Below are positions 47,821 through 57,716 of a stretch of 64,000 bases of DNA, one piece after another. The stretch lies in assembly GCA_964552465.1 (NCBI GenBank), contig CAZKGR010000014.1, forward strand, positions 14,970 through 78,969, given 5' to 3'. A program made the position numbers and the translations under genes. How positions within the stretch are numbered: the first letter of the stretch is position 1; each line of letters opens with the position of its first letter. Source of the DNA: an uncultured bacterium. GTDB taxonomy: Bacteria; Electryoneota; Electryoneia; Electryoneales; Electryoneaceae. The notes beneath the pieces are model-generated. The model was not told where the DNA came from and searched no databases. It saw nothing but the letters and a program-made list of their open reading frames with translations.

Positions 47821-47894
47821 TGGGCGTTACTGGAGTCGAACCAGTGACCTCTGCCATGTCAAGACAGCGCTCTAACCAACTGAGCTAAACGCCC
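47821..47894 (-). tRNA. tRNA-Val (anticodon GAC)
   Basis: GGGCGTTTAGCTCAGTTGGTTAGAGCGCTGTCTTGACATGGCAGAGGTCACTGGTTCGACTCCAGTAACGCCCA; cloverleaf with a 7-nt anticodon loop TTGACAT. Confidence 0.85.
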
Positions 47895-47996
47895 GACCTC
47901 AAAATCACTGCCAATGATTTCTCATTGTTCAGCGGACATGTTGAACATGTGCAGGTTCAGTGTCTTCGTTCACTCCAGTCACTATTCCCGCGTTAG

Positions 47997-48079
47997 TACC
48001 GGGAGCCGGACTCGAACCGGCACAGGGAATTCCCCGGGAGATTTTAAGTCTCCTGCGTCTACCATTCCGCCACCCCGGC
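47997..48079 (-). tRNA. tRNA-Leu (anticodon TAA), long variable arm
   Basis: GCCGGGGTGGCGGAATGGTAGACGC...CTTAAAATC...GTGCCGGTTCGAGTCCGGCTCCCGGTA. Confidence 0.85.
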
Positions 48080-48179
48080 ATATTCGAATGGGTCCGGAAT
48101 CGGTGGAGCCGAATCGTCTGGCCCATCCCTGGTAGTCAAAGAACCTTCCGGCGTACGCCTCGCCATCCTCACCATCTTG

Positions 48180-48252
48180 AGGCGGCGGCCGGATTCGAAC
48201 CGGCGAATAAAGGTTTTGCAGACCTTCGCCTTAGCCACTTGGCCACGCCGCC
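48180..48252 (-). tRNA. tRNA-Cys (anticodon GCA)
   Basis: GGCGGCGTGGCCAAGTGGCTAAGGCGAAGGTCTGCAAAACCTTTATTCGCCGGTTCGAATCCGGCCGCCGCCT. Confidence 0.85.
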
Positions 48253-48343
48253 GTGTTACTGCTGAAACATTTGTTTCGCACGACCCGTTTCGGCGAGGCG
48301 TAAAACCCCGAACCAGGCGTCCTGAGGACCCTCACCCGGGGGC

Positions 48344-48419
48344 TGGAGCGAGAGACGGGACTCGAACCCGCGACAACCACGTTGGCAACGTGGAGCTCTA
48401 CCAACTGAGCTACTCTCGC
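48344..48419 (-). tRNA. tRNA-Gly (anticodon GCC), CCA encoded
   Basis: GCGAGAGTAGCTCAGTTGGTAGAGCTCCACGTTGCCAACGTGGTTGTCGCGGGTTCGAGTCCCGTCTCTCGCTCCA; layout parallels E. coli tRNA-Gly(GCC). Confidence 0.85.
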
Positions 48420-48519
48420 CTGTCCAACATTGGCGAAACCACTACTGATTTCGCCCTCATTCAAGCGACCGGAAAATGTACGTTCCGGCCTCATAGAATG
48501 CAAGATTCCCAAGGGGACG

Positions 48520-48592
48520 TGGAGCCTAGCGGGATCGAACCGCTGACCTCCTGAATGCCATTCAGGCGCTCTCCCAGCTGAGCTAAGGCCCC
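48520..48592 (-). tRNA. tRNA-Ala (anticodon GGC), G3:U70 present, CCA encoded
   Basis: GGGGCCTTAGCTCAGCTGGGAGAGCGCCTGAATGGCATTCAGGAGGTCAGCGGTTCGATCCCGCTAGGCTCCA. Confidence 0.85.
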
Positions 48593-48692
48593 AAGCTGCT
48601 CACGACGCACTAATCCCATCTCACTTCGTGAGCGGCTGAGAATATACGGGGGGTGATTCGACCTGTCAAGCGGAGCTTCGGAGGCGATTGCC

Positions 48693-49133
48693 CTATACAT
48701 GCACTACCAGAACAGGTACCGGCGAATGACGGACGACACGTTCAGCTACTGAACCCAGCAACTTGGCGCCGACGTTACCCATTCCACGTGTGGCCATAAT
48801 AACCAGATCACCTTCCAGCTCACCACACACTTCGCACAGTTTATGGCGGGGATTGCCTTCCCGCAAAATAATCTCAACTGGTACATCAATGGAGAATTGT
48901 TCGAGCGCGTCCGAAATCGCTTGACGCGACCGAGCAGCACGTTCTTTGATCATCTCTTGAAAGTGATCCTGGGAAACGCGCAGAAATTGTCTTTCTTCAT
49001 GGCTGATAAACTCCGGGTGCATATTGATGATTGTGATCTTGCCGTCATAGGTCTGAGCGAGGTTCAGTGCGACCGGGAATGCAGCGAACGATGAATCTGA
49101 ACCATCCGTCGGAAAAAGTATGTGCTTAAACAT
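48693..49133 (-). CDS. universal stress protein (UspA family)
   Basis: MFKHILFPTDGSD...VPVLVVHV; Usp ATP-binding motif region GSVAERVVRHSPVPVLVV. Start at the ATG at 49133, which avoids overlap with the upstream gene. Confidence 0.8.
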   Translation of the reverse strand: MFKHILFPTDGSDSSFAAFPVALNLAQTYDGKITIINMHPEFISHEERQFLRVSQDHFQEMIKERAARSRQAISDALEQFSIDVPVEIILREGNPRHKLCEVCGELEGDLVIMATRGMGNVGAKLLGSVAERVVRHSPVPVLVVHV

Positions 49134-49162
49134 ATGAAACCCCCTTCTATATCCAGTAGTTG

Positions 49163-50791
49163 CTAGCGGAAGAAGACGAATGTGACGATTAGGAACAGTG
49201 GAACCAGGATCGCAATTGACCACGCCATGAAACCAAAGAAGCTCGGCATCTTGATCTTGGATTCTTCCGCAATCGACCGAACCATGAAGTTCGGCGCATT
49301 GCCGATGTAAGTCATCGCTCCGAAGAACACCGCACCCGCTGAGATCGCTTTCAGTATCGGAACAAACTCTGCCAATGCTGGGTGGGGAGTACCAGTCAGC
49401 ATGGCGTTCACCGTCGCATCGTCAATTCCCAGCCTTCCTTCAGCCAGATTAAAGAAGGTTAAGTAGGTTGGCGCGTTATCGAGGAACGAAGACAATGTAC
49501 CTGTGATCCAGAAGAACTGGACCGGTTCCTTCGTCGCTTCGATAATGAATCCCAGCGCACCTGCGGTACCCGCCTTCAGCATCGCGAGCATCGGGATGAT
49601 GCACATGAAGATGCCGGCAAACAAGTACGCCACCTCCTTGATCGGGAACCAGTTGAACTCGTTACCTTGGCGGATCTCGGTCTTGGTTGTCTTCAACGAG
49701 AGGAAGATCATCAGCAGGATGAACACGTCGCGGGTGATCGCAGCCCATGCGATGTGCAGCCCAGCAAATTCGACTTCACCGATTTTGGCTGTGCCGCTGA
49801 ACAGCACTGCGCCCATGATGCCGAGCAAAAAGATGATGTTATGCAAGCCAGCCAGGCTGAGCGGGACTTTTTCGTCATGCTCGTGCTTCGTTTCCTCTAG
49901 AGCAAACTGTTTCTTTTCGCGTCCATAGAGGATGGTGTCGAGGACGAAGTAGACGACCAGCAGCATCGCCGCGATCAGCGCGAAGTGCGGGAAGATGTTG
50001 AACGTCCAGAAGAACGGGACACCGTGCAGGAATCCGAGGAACAGCGGGGGGTCGCCGAGCGGCGTAAGACTGCCACCGATATTTGCAACCAGGAAGATGA
50101 AGAAGACTACGGAATGGACTTTATAGTGACGGTGTTTGTTCGCTCTGATCAATGGTCGGATCAGTACCATCGCGGCACCGGTTGTTCCCATCCACGAGGC
50201 GAGGATAGTTCCGATTAGCAGGAGCACGAAGTTCGTTGACGGTTTTCCAACCAGCGATCCCTTGAGCAGAATCCCGCCGGACACCGTAAACAATCCCCAG
50301 AGAAGAATGATAAAGGGTATGTAGTCCGTTATGTAAATGTGCAGGATCTCATGCCATGCCTCTGTGCCGTATGCAAATAGAAATGGCACTGCGAAGACCA
50401 ACGCCCAGAACGCTGATATCTTTGGGAAATGATGATGCCACCACATCGGTGCGAAGAGTGGGAACAGGGCAATCGAAAGCAAAATACCGAGGAACGGTAT
50501 TGCACTCCACAGGGGGAGCGATGCACCCAGCGATCCGTGACCGCCGTGTTCGTCACCATGCCCTTCAGCATGATCCTCCTCATGATGCGCCTCTCCGGCA
50601 GCTACTTCTGCCTGAGTATCATGGGCAGGAGTACCACCTTCTGCAACAACTTCCGCGTGGCTATCGCCTTCCGCGTGAACGTCGCTGCCCACATGACCAT
50701 TTTCCAGATGGTTGTCATGATCTTGCGCGACGGCTAGAGGGGCCAGAGTACAAAGGAACAGCACAACGCCAAGTGACAACAGCCTGCTCAT
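49163..50791 (-). CDS. polytopic permease (ArsB/NhaD-like ion transporter superfamily candidate) with a His-rich secreted N-terminal segment
   Basis: Signal peptide, then about 70 aa rich in H/E/D (HDNHLENGH...HHEEDHAEGHGDEHGGHG), then at least 10 TM helices. Family assignment is tentative. Confidence 0.5.
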   Translation of the reverse strand: MSRLLSLGVVLFLCTLAPLAVAQDHDNHLENGHVGSDVHAEGDSHAEVVAEGGTPAHDTQAEVAAGEAHHEEDHAEGHGDEHGGHGSLGASLPLWSAIPFLGILLSIALFPLFAPMWWHHHFPKISAFWALVFAVPFLFAYGTEAWHEILHIYITDYIPFIILLWGLFTVSGGILLKGSLVGKPSTNFVLLLIGTILASWMGTTGAAMVLIRPLIRANKHRHYKVHSVVFFIFLVANIGGSLTPLGDPPLFLGFLHGVPFFWTFNIFPHFALIAAMLLVVYFVLDTILYGREKKQFALEETKHEHDEKVPLSLAGLHNIIFLLGIMGAVLFSGTAKIGEVEFAGLHIAWAAITRDVFILLMIFLSLKTTKTEIRQGNEFNWFPIKEVAYLFAGIFMCIIPMLAMLKAGTAGALGFIIEATKEPVQFFWITGTLSSFLDNAPTYLTFFNLAEGRLGIDDATVNAMLTGTPHPALAEFVPILKAISAGAVFFGAMTYIGNAPNFMVRSIAEESKIKMPSFFGFMAWSIAILVPLFLIVTFVFFR

Positions 50792-51012
50792 GGCATTCTC
50801 CCTGATGCTGCTGAAATCGTTGGTAGGCTGACCAGTATGGTCAGATGAATGGTATGTTCGCGAAGATAGGCGTTCCGTTTGAGCGCGGCAAGCATGATAT
50901 TCCCGGACTCCTGCAGTTTGATACCGAGTTCATCGAATCGTGCGCAGGATGTCTGATATTGGCAGTGTCATCAATCGGTAGATAGAACCATGAATGTTTA
51001 CTGAGGAATTGC

Positions 51013-52962
51013 ATGGACGAGTTGATGTGGACACCGGATCCAGAACGAGTGATCAAAAGTAACCTGACTGCATTCATGAAATACGTGAATGAACGGCTGG
51101 AGCTGAGTTTGTCGCGATACGACGAGCTCTATGACTGGTCGGTGAGTGATCCGGAATCATTCTGGGAATGCGTAGCGCGATTTACGGGTATTGTATTCCG
51201 TAAGCCTGCAGATGAATTGTATACGGCAGGTGAAACGATGGTGGATTCACGTTTCTTTAGCGGTGCAACGCTCAACTTCGCTGAAAATCTGCTCAAACGC
51301 CGGGATGATCACCTCGCTTTCATATATCACAATGAATCAGGTTTTCGCATCGAATGGAGTTATCAGCGCGTATATGCAGAGGTGTCGCGGTTATCACGTG
51401 GGTTGAAAGAACTCGGTGTACAGCCAGGCGATCGAGTTGTCGGTTTCATGCCCAACATGCCGCAGACCGTGATCGCGATGCTCGCCGCGGCTTCGATTGG
51501 TGCAGTCTGGTCGTCATGTTCGCCGGATTTCGGTGTGAAAGGTGTGCTGGATCGTTTTGGACAAATCGCGCCCAAGGTTCTGTTCACTGCCGATGGCTAC
51601 TTCTACAACGGTAAGATCGTTGACAGCCTGCAGCGGGTGCACGATTTCCTCGAAACGTTACCAAGTGTGACCAAGGTCGTCGTGGTGCCGCATGTCAACC
51701 GCGAACCTGATTTGAGTGAGGTGCACGGTGCGGTGACCTGGGCGGAGTTTGTCCAGCCATATCGCGCAACTGAGATCGAGTTTACCGAACTACCGTTCGA
51801 CCACCCGCTATACATCATGTACAGCTCGGGGACAACCGGCTTACCAAAGAGCATTGTCCATGGTGCGGGGGGGACGTTGATCCAGCACCTGAAAGAACTG
51901 GTGCTGCACACGGACCTGAAGCCGAGCGACCGCATCTTTTATTTCACCACATGCGGGTGGATGATGTGGAACTGGCTGGTCAGCTCGCTGGCGGTAGGTG
52001 CGACGGTCGTGTTGTACGACGGATCGCCGACATATCCCAGTGCTGACGCTTTGTGGACACTGGCGGAACAGGAACAGGTTAATATCTTCGGAACCAGCGC
52101 AAAGTACTTGTCAGCAGTCGAAAAGGCGGGCGTGAATCCGGGTACCCATCATGATCTGTCATCGCTTCGTACCATCCTCTCGACGGGTAGCCCCCTGATG
52201 CCCGAGCAGTACGACTGGGTGTACAAGTCGATCAAGGCGGATCTGCAACTGTCCTCGATCTCCGGCGGGACAGACATCGTCTCGTGTTTCGCGCTCGGCA
52301 ATCCGATGGGTGCGGTGTATCGCGGCGAGCTGCAGACTCGCGGACTTGGGATGGCGGTTGAGGTGTTTGACGAAGACGGCAATCCGGTGGGTGAGGAAAG
52401 AGGTGAGCTGGTTTGCACGAAACCGTTCCCCTCAATGCCGATCTACTTCTGGAATGATGAGGACGGGCAACGCTACCATGATGCTTACTTTGGTCGTTTC
52501 CCGAACATTTGGACGCACGGCGACTTCGCGCTCATCACTGAACACGACGGTATGGTGATACTTGGTCGCAGCGATGCAGTGTTGAATCCGGGCGGTGTGC
52601 GTATCGGAACAGCGGAGATATATCGCATCGTCGAGAATATGGACGAAGTGATCGAGTCGATATGCGTTGGACAGGAGTGGGATGGGGATGTACGGGTTGT
52701 GTTGTTCGTTGTGCTGCGGCAGGGCTATGAGCTGGATGACGAGCTGCGGAATCAGATCCGCAAAAATGTCCGGGCTGGCGCAACTCCGCGTCATGTACCT
52801 GCGATGATCGTTCAGGTCGCCGACATCCCGCGCACGATCAGCGGCAAGATCACGGAACTGGCGGTTCGCGACATCATTCATGGCCGCGAGGTCAAGAATC
52901 AGGACGCGTTGAAGAACCCGGAAGCACTGAAGCTGTTCGCGGATTTGCAGGAGTTGACGTAG
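51013..52962 (+). CDS. acetoacetyl-CoA synthetase (AMP-forming)
   Basis: N-terminal MWTPDPERVIKSNLTAFMKYV typical of acetoacetate-CoA ligases; AMP-binding motif YSSGTTGLPK; 649 aa. Confidence 0.85.
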   Translation: MDELMWTPDPERVIKSNLTAFMKYVNERLELSLSRYDELYDWSVSDPESFWECVARFTGIVFRKPADELYTAGETMVDSRFFSGATLNFAENLLKRRDDHLAFIYHNESGFRIEWSYQRVYAEVSRLSRGLKELGVQPGDRVVGFMPNMPQTVIAMLAAASIGAVWSSCSPDFGVKGVLDRFGQIAPKVLFTADGYFYNGKIVDSLQRVHDFLETLPSVTKVVVVPHVNREPDLSEVHGAVTWAEFVQPYRATEIEFTELPFDHPLYIMYSSGTTGLPKSIVHGAGGTLIQHLKELVLHTDLKPSDRIFYFTTCGWMMWNWLVSSLAVGATVVLYDGSPTYPSADALWTLAEQEQVNIFGTSAKYLSAVEKAGVNPGTHHDLSSLRTILSTGSPLMPEQYDWVYKSIKADLQLSSISGGTDIVSCFALGNPMGAVYRGELQTRGLGMAVEVFDEDGNPVGEERGELVCTKPFPSMPIYFWNDEDGQRYHDAYFGRFPNIWTHGDFALITEHDGMVILGRSDAVLNPGGVRIGTAEIYRIVENMDEVIESICVGQEWDGDVRVVLFVVLRQGYELDDELRNQIRKNVRAGATPRHVPAMIVQVADIPRTISGKITELAVRDIIHGREVKNQDALKNPEALKLFADLQELT

Positions 52963-53082
52963 CCCGGTCAGTTCTTGCCCGTGTTGGCTTCGCCAACGCG
53001 GGCTATCTACTCGTCGTTAACAAGTGGGTCAGCCGCGTTGGCGAAGCCAACACGGGCAATACAGCAACTTACGTTCCGGAAC

Positions 53083-53352
53083 TTATTTGGATCGTGAGCG
53101 GTAGTCATCGTGAAGAGTGAGCAGCCGTTCGCGTAGGCGTTCGACATAGGCGGGCAGATCGTCCGCCGAAGTGACTCGCAGCCCATCCAATAGGATTGGG
53201 CTGTTTTCGTATGCCACTCGCTCCGGCAGGTTGGTCTTCAGGTCAACAACGAGAGTGTGCAATTCGGCCAGATTATTGCTCTGCGCAATCTGATCGATTT
53301 GTGAAATTGCCACTTTTAGTTGTTTTGCTGTTCGTTGGTAGTGGGCGCGCAT
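53083..53352 (-). CDS. hypothetical protein
   Basis: ORF only; start guessed at the internal ATG. Confidence 0.3.
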   Translation of the reverse strand: MRAHYQRTAKQLKVAISQIDQIAQSNNLAELHTLVVDLKTNLPERVAYENSPILLDGLRVTSADDLPAYVERLRERLLTLHDDYRSRSK

Positions 53353-53734
53353 GCCGCAAGATCGGTGTAGAAACAGTCTGAATGCATCAGGTTTCCTCCG
53401 ATTGAGGAGGCACGTGCAGCGGTTTCTCACGTAAAGAACAGAATACGAAACGAGGTGTTGTGCGCGAAATCACAAGAGTTGCGCGGCATCTTCCGTAACC
53501 TGTCCAATGGCGGCATCTAAGGATGCGCAGCCCAAACCCGTCGATCACGTTACCCTCCTCCACGTACGACGGGTTTTTATTGTCTTGTCAGTTCAAACCA
53601 CCGTTTAGTCGTCATCTAAACATCCAATTATTATCCAGTATCAATTTGTGAATTGGATCTCATGCGGCACCTGTTCTCTTGCAGCGATTGTGCAGCCGGG
53701 CTATATTGGCGCATTGTTTTCAAGGAGGTTTTCG

Positions 53735-54895
53735 ATGGCGGAGCTGCGAGCCTGGATTCGTGCTCAACGGGAACAAGGGTACGGCACTCTCCACTTGTAC
53801 CGAGCTTTGGCACTGGCTGAGGCTGGAGTGAAAGAGGGGATTGACAAGCTCACGGTTGTAACGGACAGCGATGGCGCGGATTTTCTACGTGACCAGTTGC
53901 CGGAAGGTGTTGAGCTCACTGTAATCTCTGGTGGGTTGACTCAGGAACAGGAATCGGCTCGTCTCATTGAGATGATGCAGGAGTTTATTCCCGCACGAGT
54001 TGATTCTCGAACTCCTCGACCTCTTGTCTATTTGTGTGGACATCGTTATGAAGCTGAGTATCAGCGGCGGCTGTGGAAGGCAGGAATTGAAGTCGTCGTG
54101 ATCGCTGACGAGTCGCAGGATACATTTGCAGACTGGTACGTCATTCCTAAGCCGTATGGCGGAGAGATGGGTGTCAAGTCGATTAGTGGATACACTCGTT
54201 TCCTGCGCGGCGCCCATTATGCCCCGCTGCCCATTCGTTCGATGAAAGCGATCTTCCAGAATCGTGATCATGGTACTTTCGCTCAGAATTTCGCCATCGC
54301 TACAGAAAACCTTGATATTGACAAATGGCTACCTGTGATTGGGGAAGCCGTCAGTCATTTGGGTGTTCCTGAGGGTATTGAGCGAGAATTCGCACCAACT
54401 TTGACGATTCTTCCCGGTGTTGATTGCCCGTCAGATGAAGAGTTGCAGCAGAAGTTGGGAAGTGTAGGTTCTGTGAAGGTATCTGTTTCGGCTGGACGCC
54501 GTGATGTCGCAAAGGAACTCGTGAATACTGATGTGTTGTTTGCAGCGGACGGAATCGTGCTGCAGCAGGCGTTAGCAATTGGTACGGTTCGTATAGCGTT
54601 GCCTCGTCGCGGTGAAGAGACCGACTTGATGCAGGATCATATGATCCGTCGCGAAGCGTCCCCCGCCATGCCAGACCCGATCAGCAATGACTTCAAGGAT
54701 CGGATGACTGAGTTGATGAACCGTGTGTGTTTTGATGCATCCTGGCGTCGTGGCCAGTTCCGTATCGGGCAATACTTGTGTGACGGCATCGGTAGCATTC
54801 GGATCATTCGTCAAACTGCATTCAAGATCTATGCTGCTCCACAGAACCTGGCACGTTATTTTGATGTTGGCGACCCAGTGATTCCTAATCTTTAG
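53735..54895 (+). CDS. hypothetical protein (Rossmann-like; possibly GT28/PseG-like)
   Basis: ATG at 53735 with AAGGAGG RBS. Weak resemblance to MurG/PseG C-terminal halves. Confidence 0.4.
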   Translation: MAELRAWIRAQREQGYGTLHLYRALALAEAGVKEGIDKLTVVTDSDGADFLRDQLPEGVELTVISGGLTQEQESARLIEMMQEFIPARVDSRTPRPLVYLCGHRYEAEYQRRLWKAGIEVVVIADESQDTFADWYVIPKPYGGEMGVKSISGYTRFLRGAHYAPLPIRSMKAIFQNRDHGTFAQNFAIATENLDIDKWLPVIGEAVSHLGVPEGIEREFAPTLTILPGVDCPSDEELQQKLGSVGSVKVSVSAGRRDVAKELVNTDVLFAADGIVLQQALAIGTVRIALPRRGEETDLMQDHMIRREASPAMPDPISNDFKDRMTELMNRVCFDASWRRGQFRIGQYLCDGIGSIRIIRQTAFKIYAAPQNLARYFDVGDPVIPNL

Positions 54896-54999
54896 TCTCA
54901 TCAGACTCTGATTTTTCCGCCCGTGTCCTACTGACGCGGGCGTTTCTCGTTTCGTATGTTGCGCGGACACGATGTTTGGCAAACTGTAGGAGTTGGTTG

Positions 55000-55320
55000 A
55001 TGAAGAACATGTGGTTGATTATCATCGTAATCACGATGCTTGGTATTCCGGCTGGTGATTCCTGGTCTCAGGATGAGAGTCATGAGTACAAGATCAAGTC
55101 GATGGACGAAAACGGCAAGTGGGTGATGATCGAAAAGCGGGAACGTGTTGGCGCTGGAACAACGGTCTATTACCTGAACAAGGCCAAAGTCATTTCCATC
55201 GTGCTCGATTATCCAAACAATGTGACGATCAAGCTGAACGAACACACTGAGTACAAACTGAACTTCATCAGCAACCAGACAGCAACACAGTTTGTTCGTG
55301 ATTTGATAGCGAATTTGTAG
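55000..55320 (+). CDS. small secreted hypothetical protein
   Basis: AGGAG RBS 7 nt upstream of the ATG at 55000; signal-peptide-like N-terminus. Confidence 0.35.
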   Translation: MKNMWLIIIVITMLGIPAGDSWSQDESHEYKIKSMDENGKWVMIEKRERVGAGTTVYYLNKAKVISIVLDYPNNVTIKLNEHTEYKLNFISNQTATQFVRDLIANL

Positions 55321-55330
55321 TGGGTTTTCG

Positions 55331-56098
55331 ATGAGCGATCTGCATTCCGGGAACAAGGTGATCCGAGACGAGGAGCCGGTCGTCGATGCGGGGACGTTGT
55401 ATGTCGTTTCAACTCCGATTGGAAACTTGGCGGATATTACCGAGCGTGGGCTTCAGGTTTTGCGTGTGGTTGATCGTATCGCGGCAGAAGACACCCGGCA
55501 CACAGGTCGTCTGCTTGCCCGTTTCGGCATAGACACACCGATGACCTCGTACCACGAGCACAACGAGCATAAGGCTGCGCCCGGTTTGGTCAAGGCGCTC
55601 AAGGATGGTATGTCGTTGGCGATGGTCACAGATGCTGGGACACCTGGCGTGTCTGATCCGGGTTATCGTCTGCTCAGTCTGGCGGCAGAAGAGGGTGTTC
55701 CGATTATTCCAGTACCGGGCGCGAGTGCAGTATTAGCAGCATTGGTCGCATCCGGATTACCGATTGAACGCTTTGTCTTTGAAGGATTCTTACCAAAGAA
55801 AAAGGGTCGCCAGACGCGTCTGAAGGAGTTGGCGGAAGAATCGCGTACCTTCGTGCTTTATGAGTCACCGCAACGGTTGGCGCGCACGCTGAAGGACCTT
55901 TCGGAACATATGGGCGGAGCGCGTCGTGTGGTCATATGTCGTGAATTGACCAAACTGCATGAGGAGTTTGTGCGGGGTACGCTGGCTGAGTTGGCTGAAT
56001 CTTACACAGATCAGACTGTCAAAGGTGAAATAACCATTGTCGTTGAGGGCAAGTCACGACGTGTGCGGAAAGGGACTGTTGAACGTGAAGAGTGGTAA
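55331..56098 (+). CDS. rsmI: 16S rRNA (cytidine1402-2'-O)-methyltransferase
   Basis: LYVVSTPIGNLADIT...AAEDTRHT tetrapyrrole-methylase-fold RsmI blocks. Confidence 0.9.
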   Translation: MSDLHSGNKVIRDEEPVVDAGTLYVVSTPIGNLADITERGLQVLRVVDRIAAEDTRHTGRLLARFGIDTPMTSYHEHNEHKAAPGLVKALKDGMSLAMVTDAGTPGVSDPGYRLLSLAAEEGVPIIPVPGASAVLAALVASGLPIERFVFEGFLPKKKGRQTRLKELAEESRTFVLYESPQRLARTLKDLSEHMGGARRVVICRELTKLHEEFVRGTLAELAESYTDQTVKGEITIVVEGKSRRVRKGTVEREEW

Positions 56099-56099
56099 C

Positions 56100-57641
56100 A
56101 TGATTAAAGATCATCGGATGGCTTCTCTAAAAGGTCTGGCGCGGATAACTGCCAGTGTCTTGATGCTGCTAATGGCCCTGCAAATCATGGGTTGCGGGCA
56201 GCAAACCCGTGAAGGATTGAGTCCGCAGGTGGAATTTCTCTGGCGGCAGCATCCTAATCCTCACGTAGAAGCTGGAGCACGTCGTGCGGCGACAGAAGCT
56301 AAGTCACTGCTGGTAGATCACGACGATGACATCGAGTTACACATTTACTATATCGACCGACTCGGTGGAATAGAGAGCGATTCGTTGGAGCGGGAATATC
56401 AACGACGGCTTGATCGTGATCCGAACAACGCAGTCAACATAGTACTGGAAGCGTATGTAAGACGCAGCGGTCCGTATCTGGCTCAGGTGATGCCCGCAGC
56501 GCTGGAACGTGATTCTACGACGGCTGAAGTATTGGCGTTCGGCAGTATCGCGATGCTCGGCTCGTCACCGCCGGATTCGATGGAAGGCCTGCGATTGGCT
56601 GTGCATGCGCTCGAGCTGCATCCGGGAAGCTATCAGGCGCATGTTTCGATGGCTACGTGGGAGAATAAGTACGGGCGTTTTGAAAATGCGCTCAAATACG
56701 CCCGTTCGGCGCAGGAGCTCAATCCATGGCGCTGGGAACCCGTATCTCTTGAATATAGCGTACTCGCGGCGAATGGTCGGGAAGAAGAAGCTGTCGCGAT
56801 GATGGAGGAATTCTACGCCAGCCAACCGACTAACAGCTTCGCATACAAACTCCTAAGTCGATACTATAAGCACAATAAGTTGTGGAAAAAGCTGTATGAT
56901 CTGGAAATGATCATTGATTCAGCGTATCCCGAGGACGGGTACGCCTTCCAGCATGCCGCTAATGCTGCGTATCAGCTACAGGATATTGAGCTGGTTTTCG
57001 CTGCGTGGGAGAAGGCCGCAGAGTACGGTTTCTTCGATATGGATTACGTACTGCAAATGTTTGACGATGAGGAGCGTCAGGCGTTCGTGGCTCTCCCGCG
57101 GTACCAGACGTTGACGGACGCTTTCGCAGCCGCACACGAGGAAGCTCAACCTCAACGCAAGGCTGATGCTCTTGACCGTCCGTTGAACGTAAAAGTCCGC
57201 GAATTCACCGCGCGGAGTTTGGACCAGCAGCCGGTTCGTTTGAGTCGTTATCAAGGCCAGATCGTGGTGTTGGATTTCTGGTCCAGCTCGGAGCGAAACC
57301 ACCCGTTGACTGTCGAGCGGCTTAAAGTGTTCCGTGAGAAATATCCTGAAGTACAGGTAGTTAGTGTGAATGTGATGGAGCGCTTGCCAGAAGATCAGCT
57401 CTTTGAACACGTCCAAAAAAGGGCCGAGCAGCACGGGATTGAGTGGCCGGTGTGGATTGGAAACCATTCACTGGCTGAACGAATGCGGATCAAGATAGTT
57501 CCGGTTTTCGCCGTAATCGATGAGCAAGGCTACGCTCGTTACCGTACTCAGGGGTATCAACCTTATATCGATGAGATTCTCGGCTGGATGGTGGACGCTG
57601 TTCGTGAAGGTGAAGCAGAAACTGTCGCTGAAGTGGATTAG
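56100..57641 (+). CDS. lipoprotein with TPR-like region and a C-terminal thioredoxin-like (TlpA/redoxin) domain lacking the CxxC cysteines
   Basis: Signal peptide plus lipobox (LQIMGC). The C-terminal block VVLDFWSSSERNHP aligns to the redoxin FWATWCxPC region with Cys replaced. Confidence 0.55.
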   Translation: MIKDHRMASLKGLARITASVLMLLMALQIMGCGQQTREGLSPQVEFLWRQHPNPHVEAGARRAATEAKSLLVDHDDDIELHIYYIDRLGGIESDSLEREYQRRLDRDPNNAVNIVLEAYVRRSGPYLAQVMPAALERDSTTAEVLAFGSIAMLGSSPPDSMEGLRLAVHALELHPGSYQAHVSMATWENKYGRFENALKYARSAQELNPWRWEPVSLEYSVLAANGREEEAVAMMEEFYASQPTNSFAYKLLSRYYKHNKLWKKLYDLEMIIDSAYPEDGYAFQHAANAAYQLQDIELVFAAWEKAAEYGFFDMDYVLQMFDDEERQAFVALPRYQTLTDAFAAAHEEAQPQRKADALDRPLNVKVREFTARSLDQQPVRLSRYQGQIVVLDFWSSSERNHPLTVERLKVFREKYPEVQVVSVNVMERLPEDQLFEHVQKRAEQHGIEWPVWIGNHSLAERMRIKIVPVFAVIDEQGYARYRTQGYQPYIDEILGWMVDAVREGEAETVAEVD

Positions 57642-57716
57642 AGAAGCTAATTCTTGACTTGGTTAACCGCGCTTGCGAAGCAAGCACGGGCCTGATGTCA
57701 ATGGGTCCGGAATTCC

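Noticed and set aside
47914-48554. Plus- and minus-strand ORFs (47914..48135, 47960..48265, 48177..48554, 48231..48512) covering the tRNA array
   Set aside because: They overlap five well-formed tRNA genes. The ORFs owe their length to GC-rich structured RNA sequence.
52974-53060. Large dyad symmetry (GCCCGTGTTGGCTTCGCCAACGCGGGC and its reverse complement 40 bp later) between AacS and the minus-strand hypothetical gene
   Set aside because: Most simply a pair of convergent intrinsic terminators sharing one palindromic module. Too short and too symmetric to call a mobile element. Noted only as a structured intergenic region.
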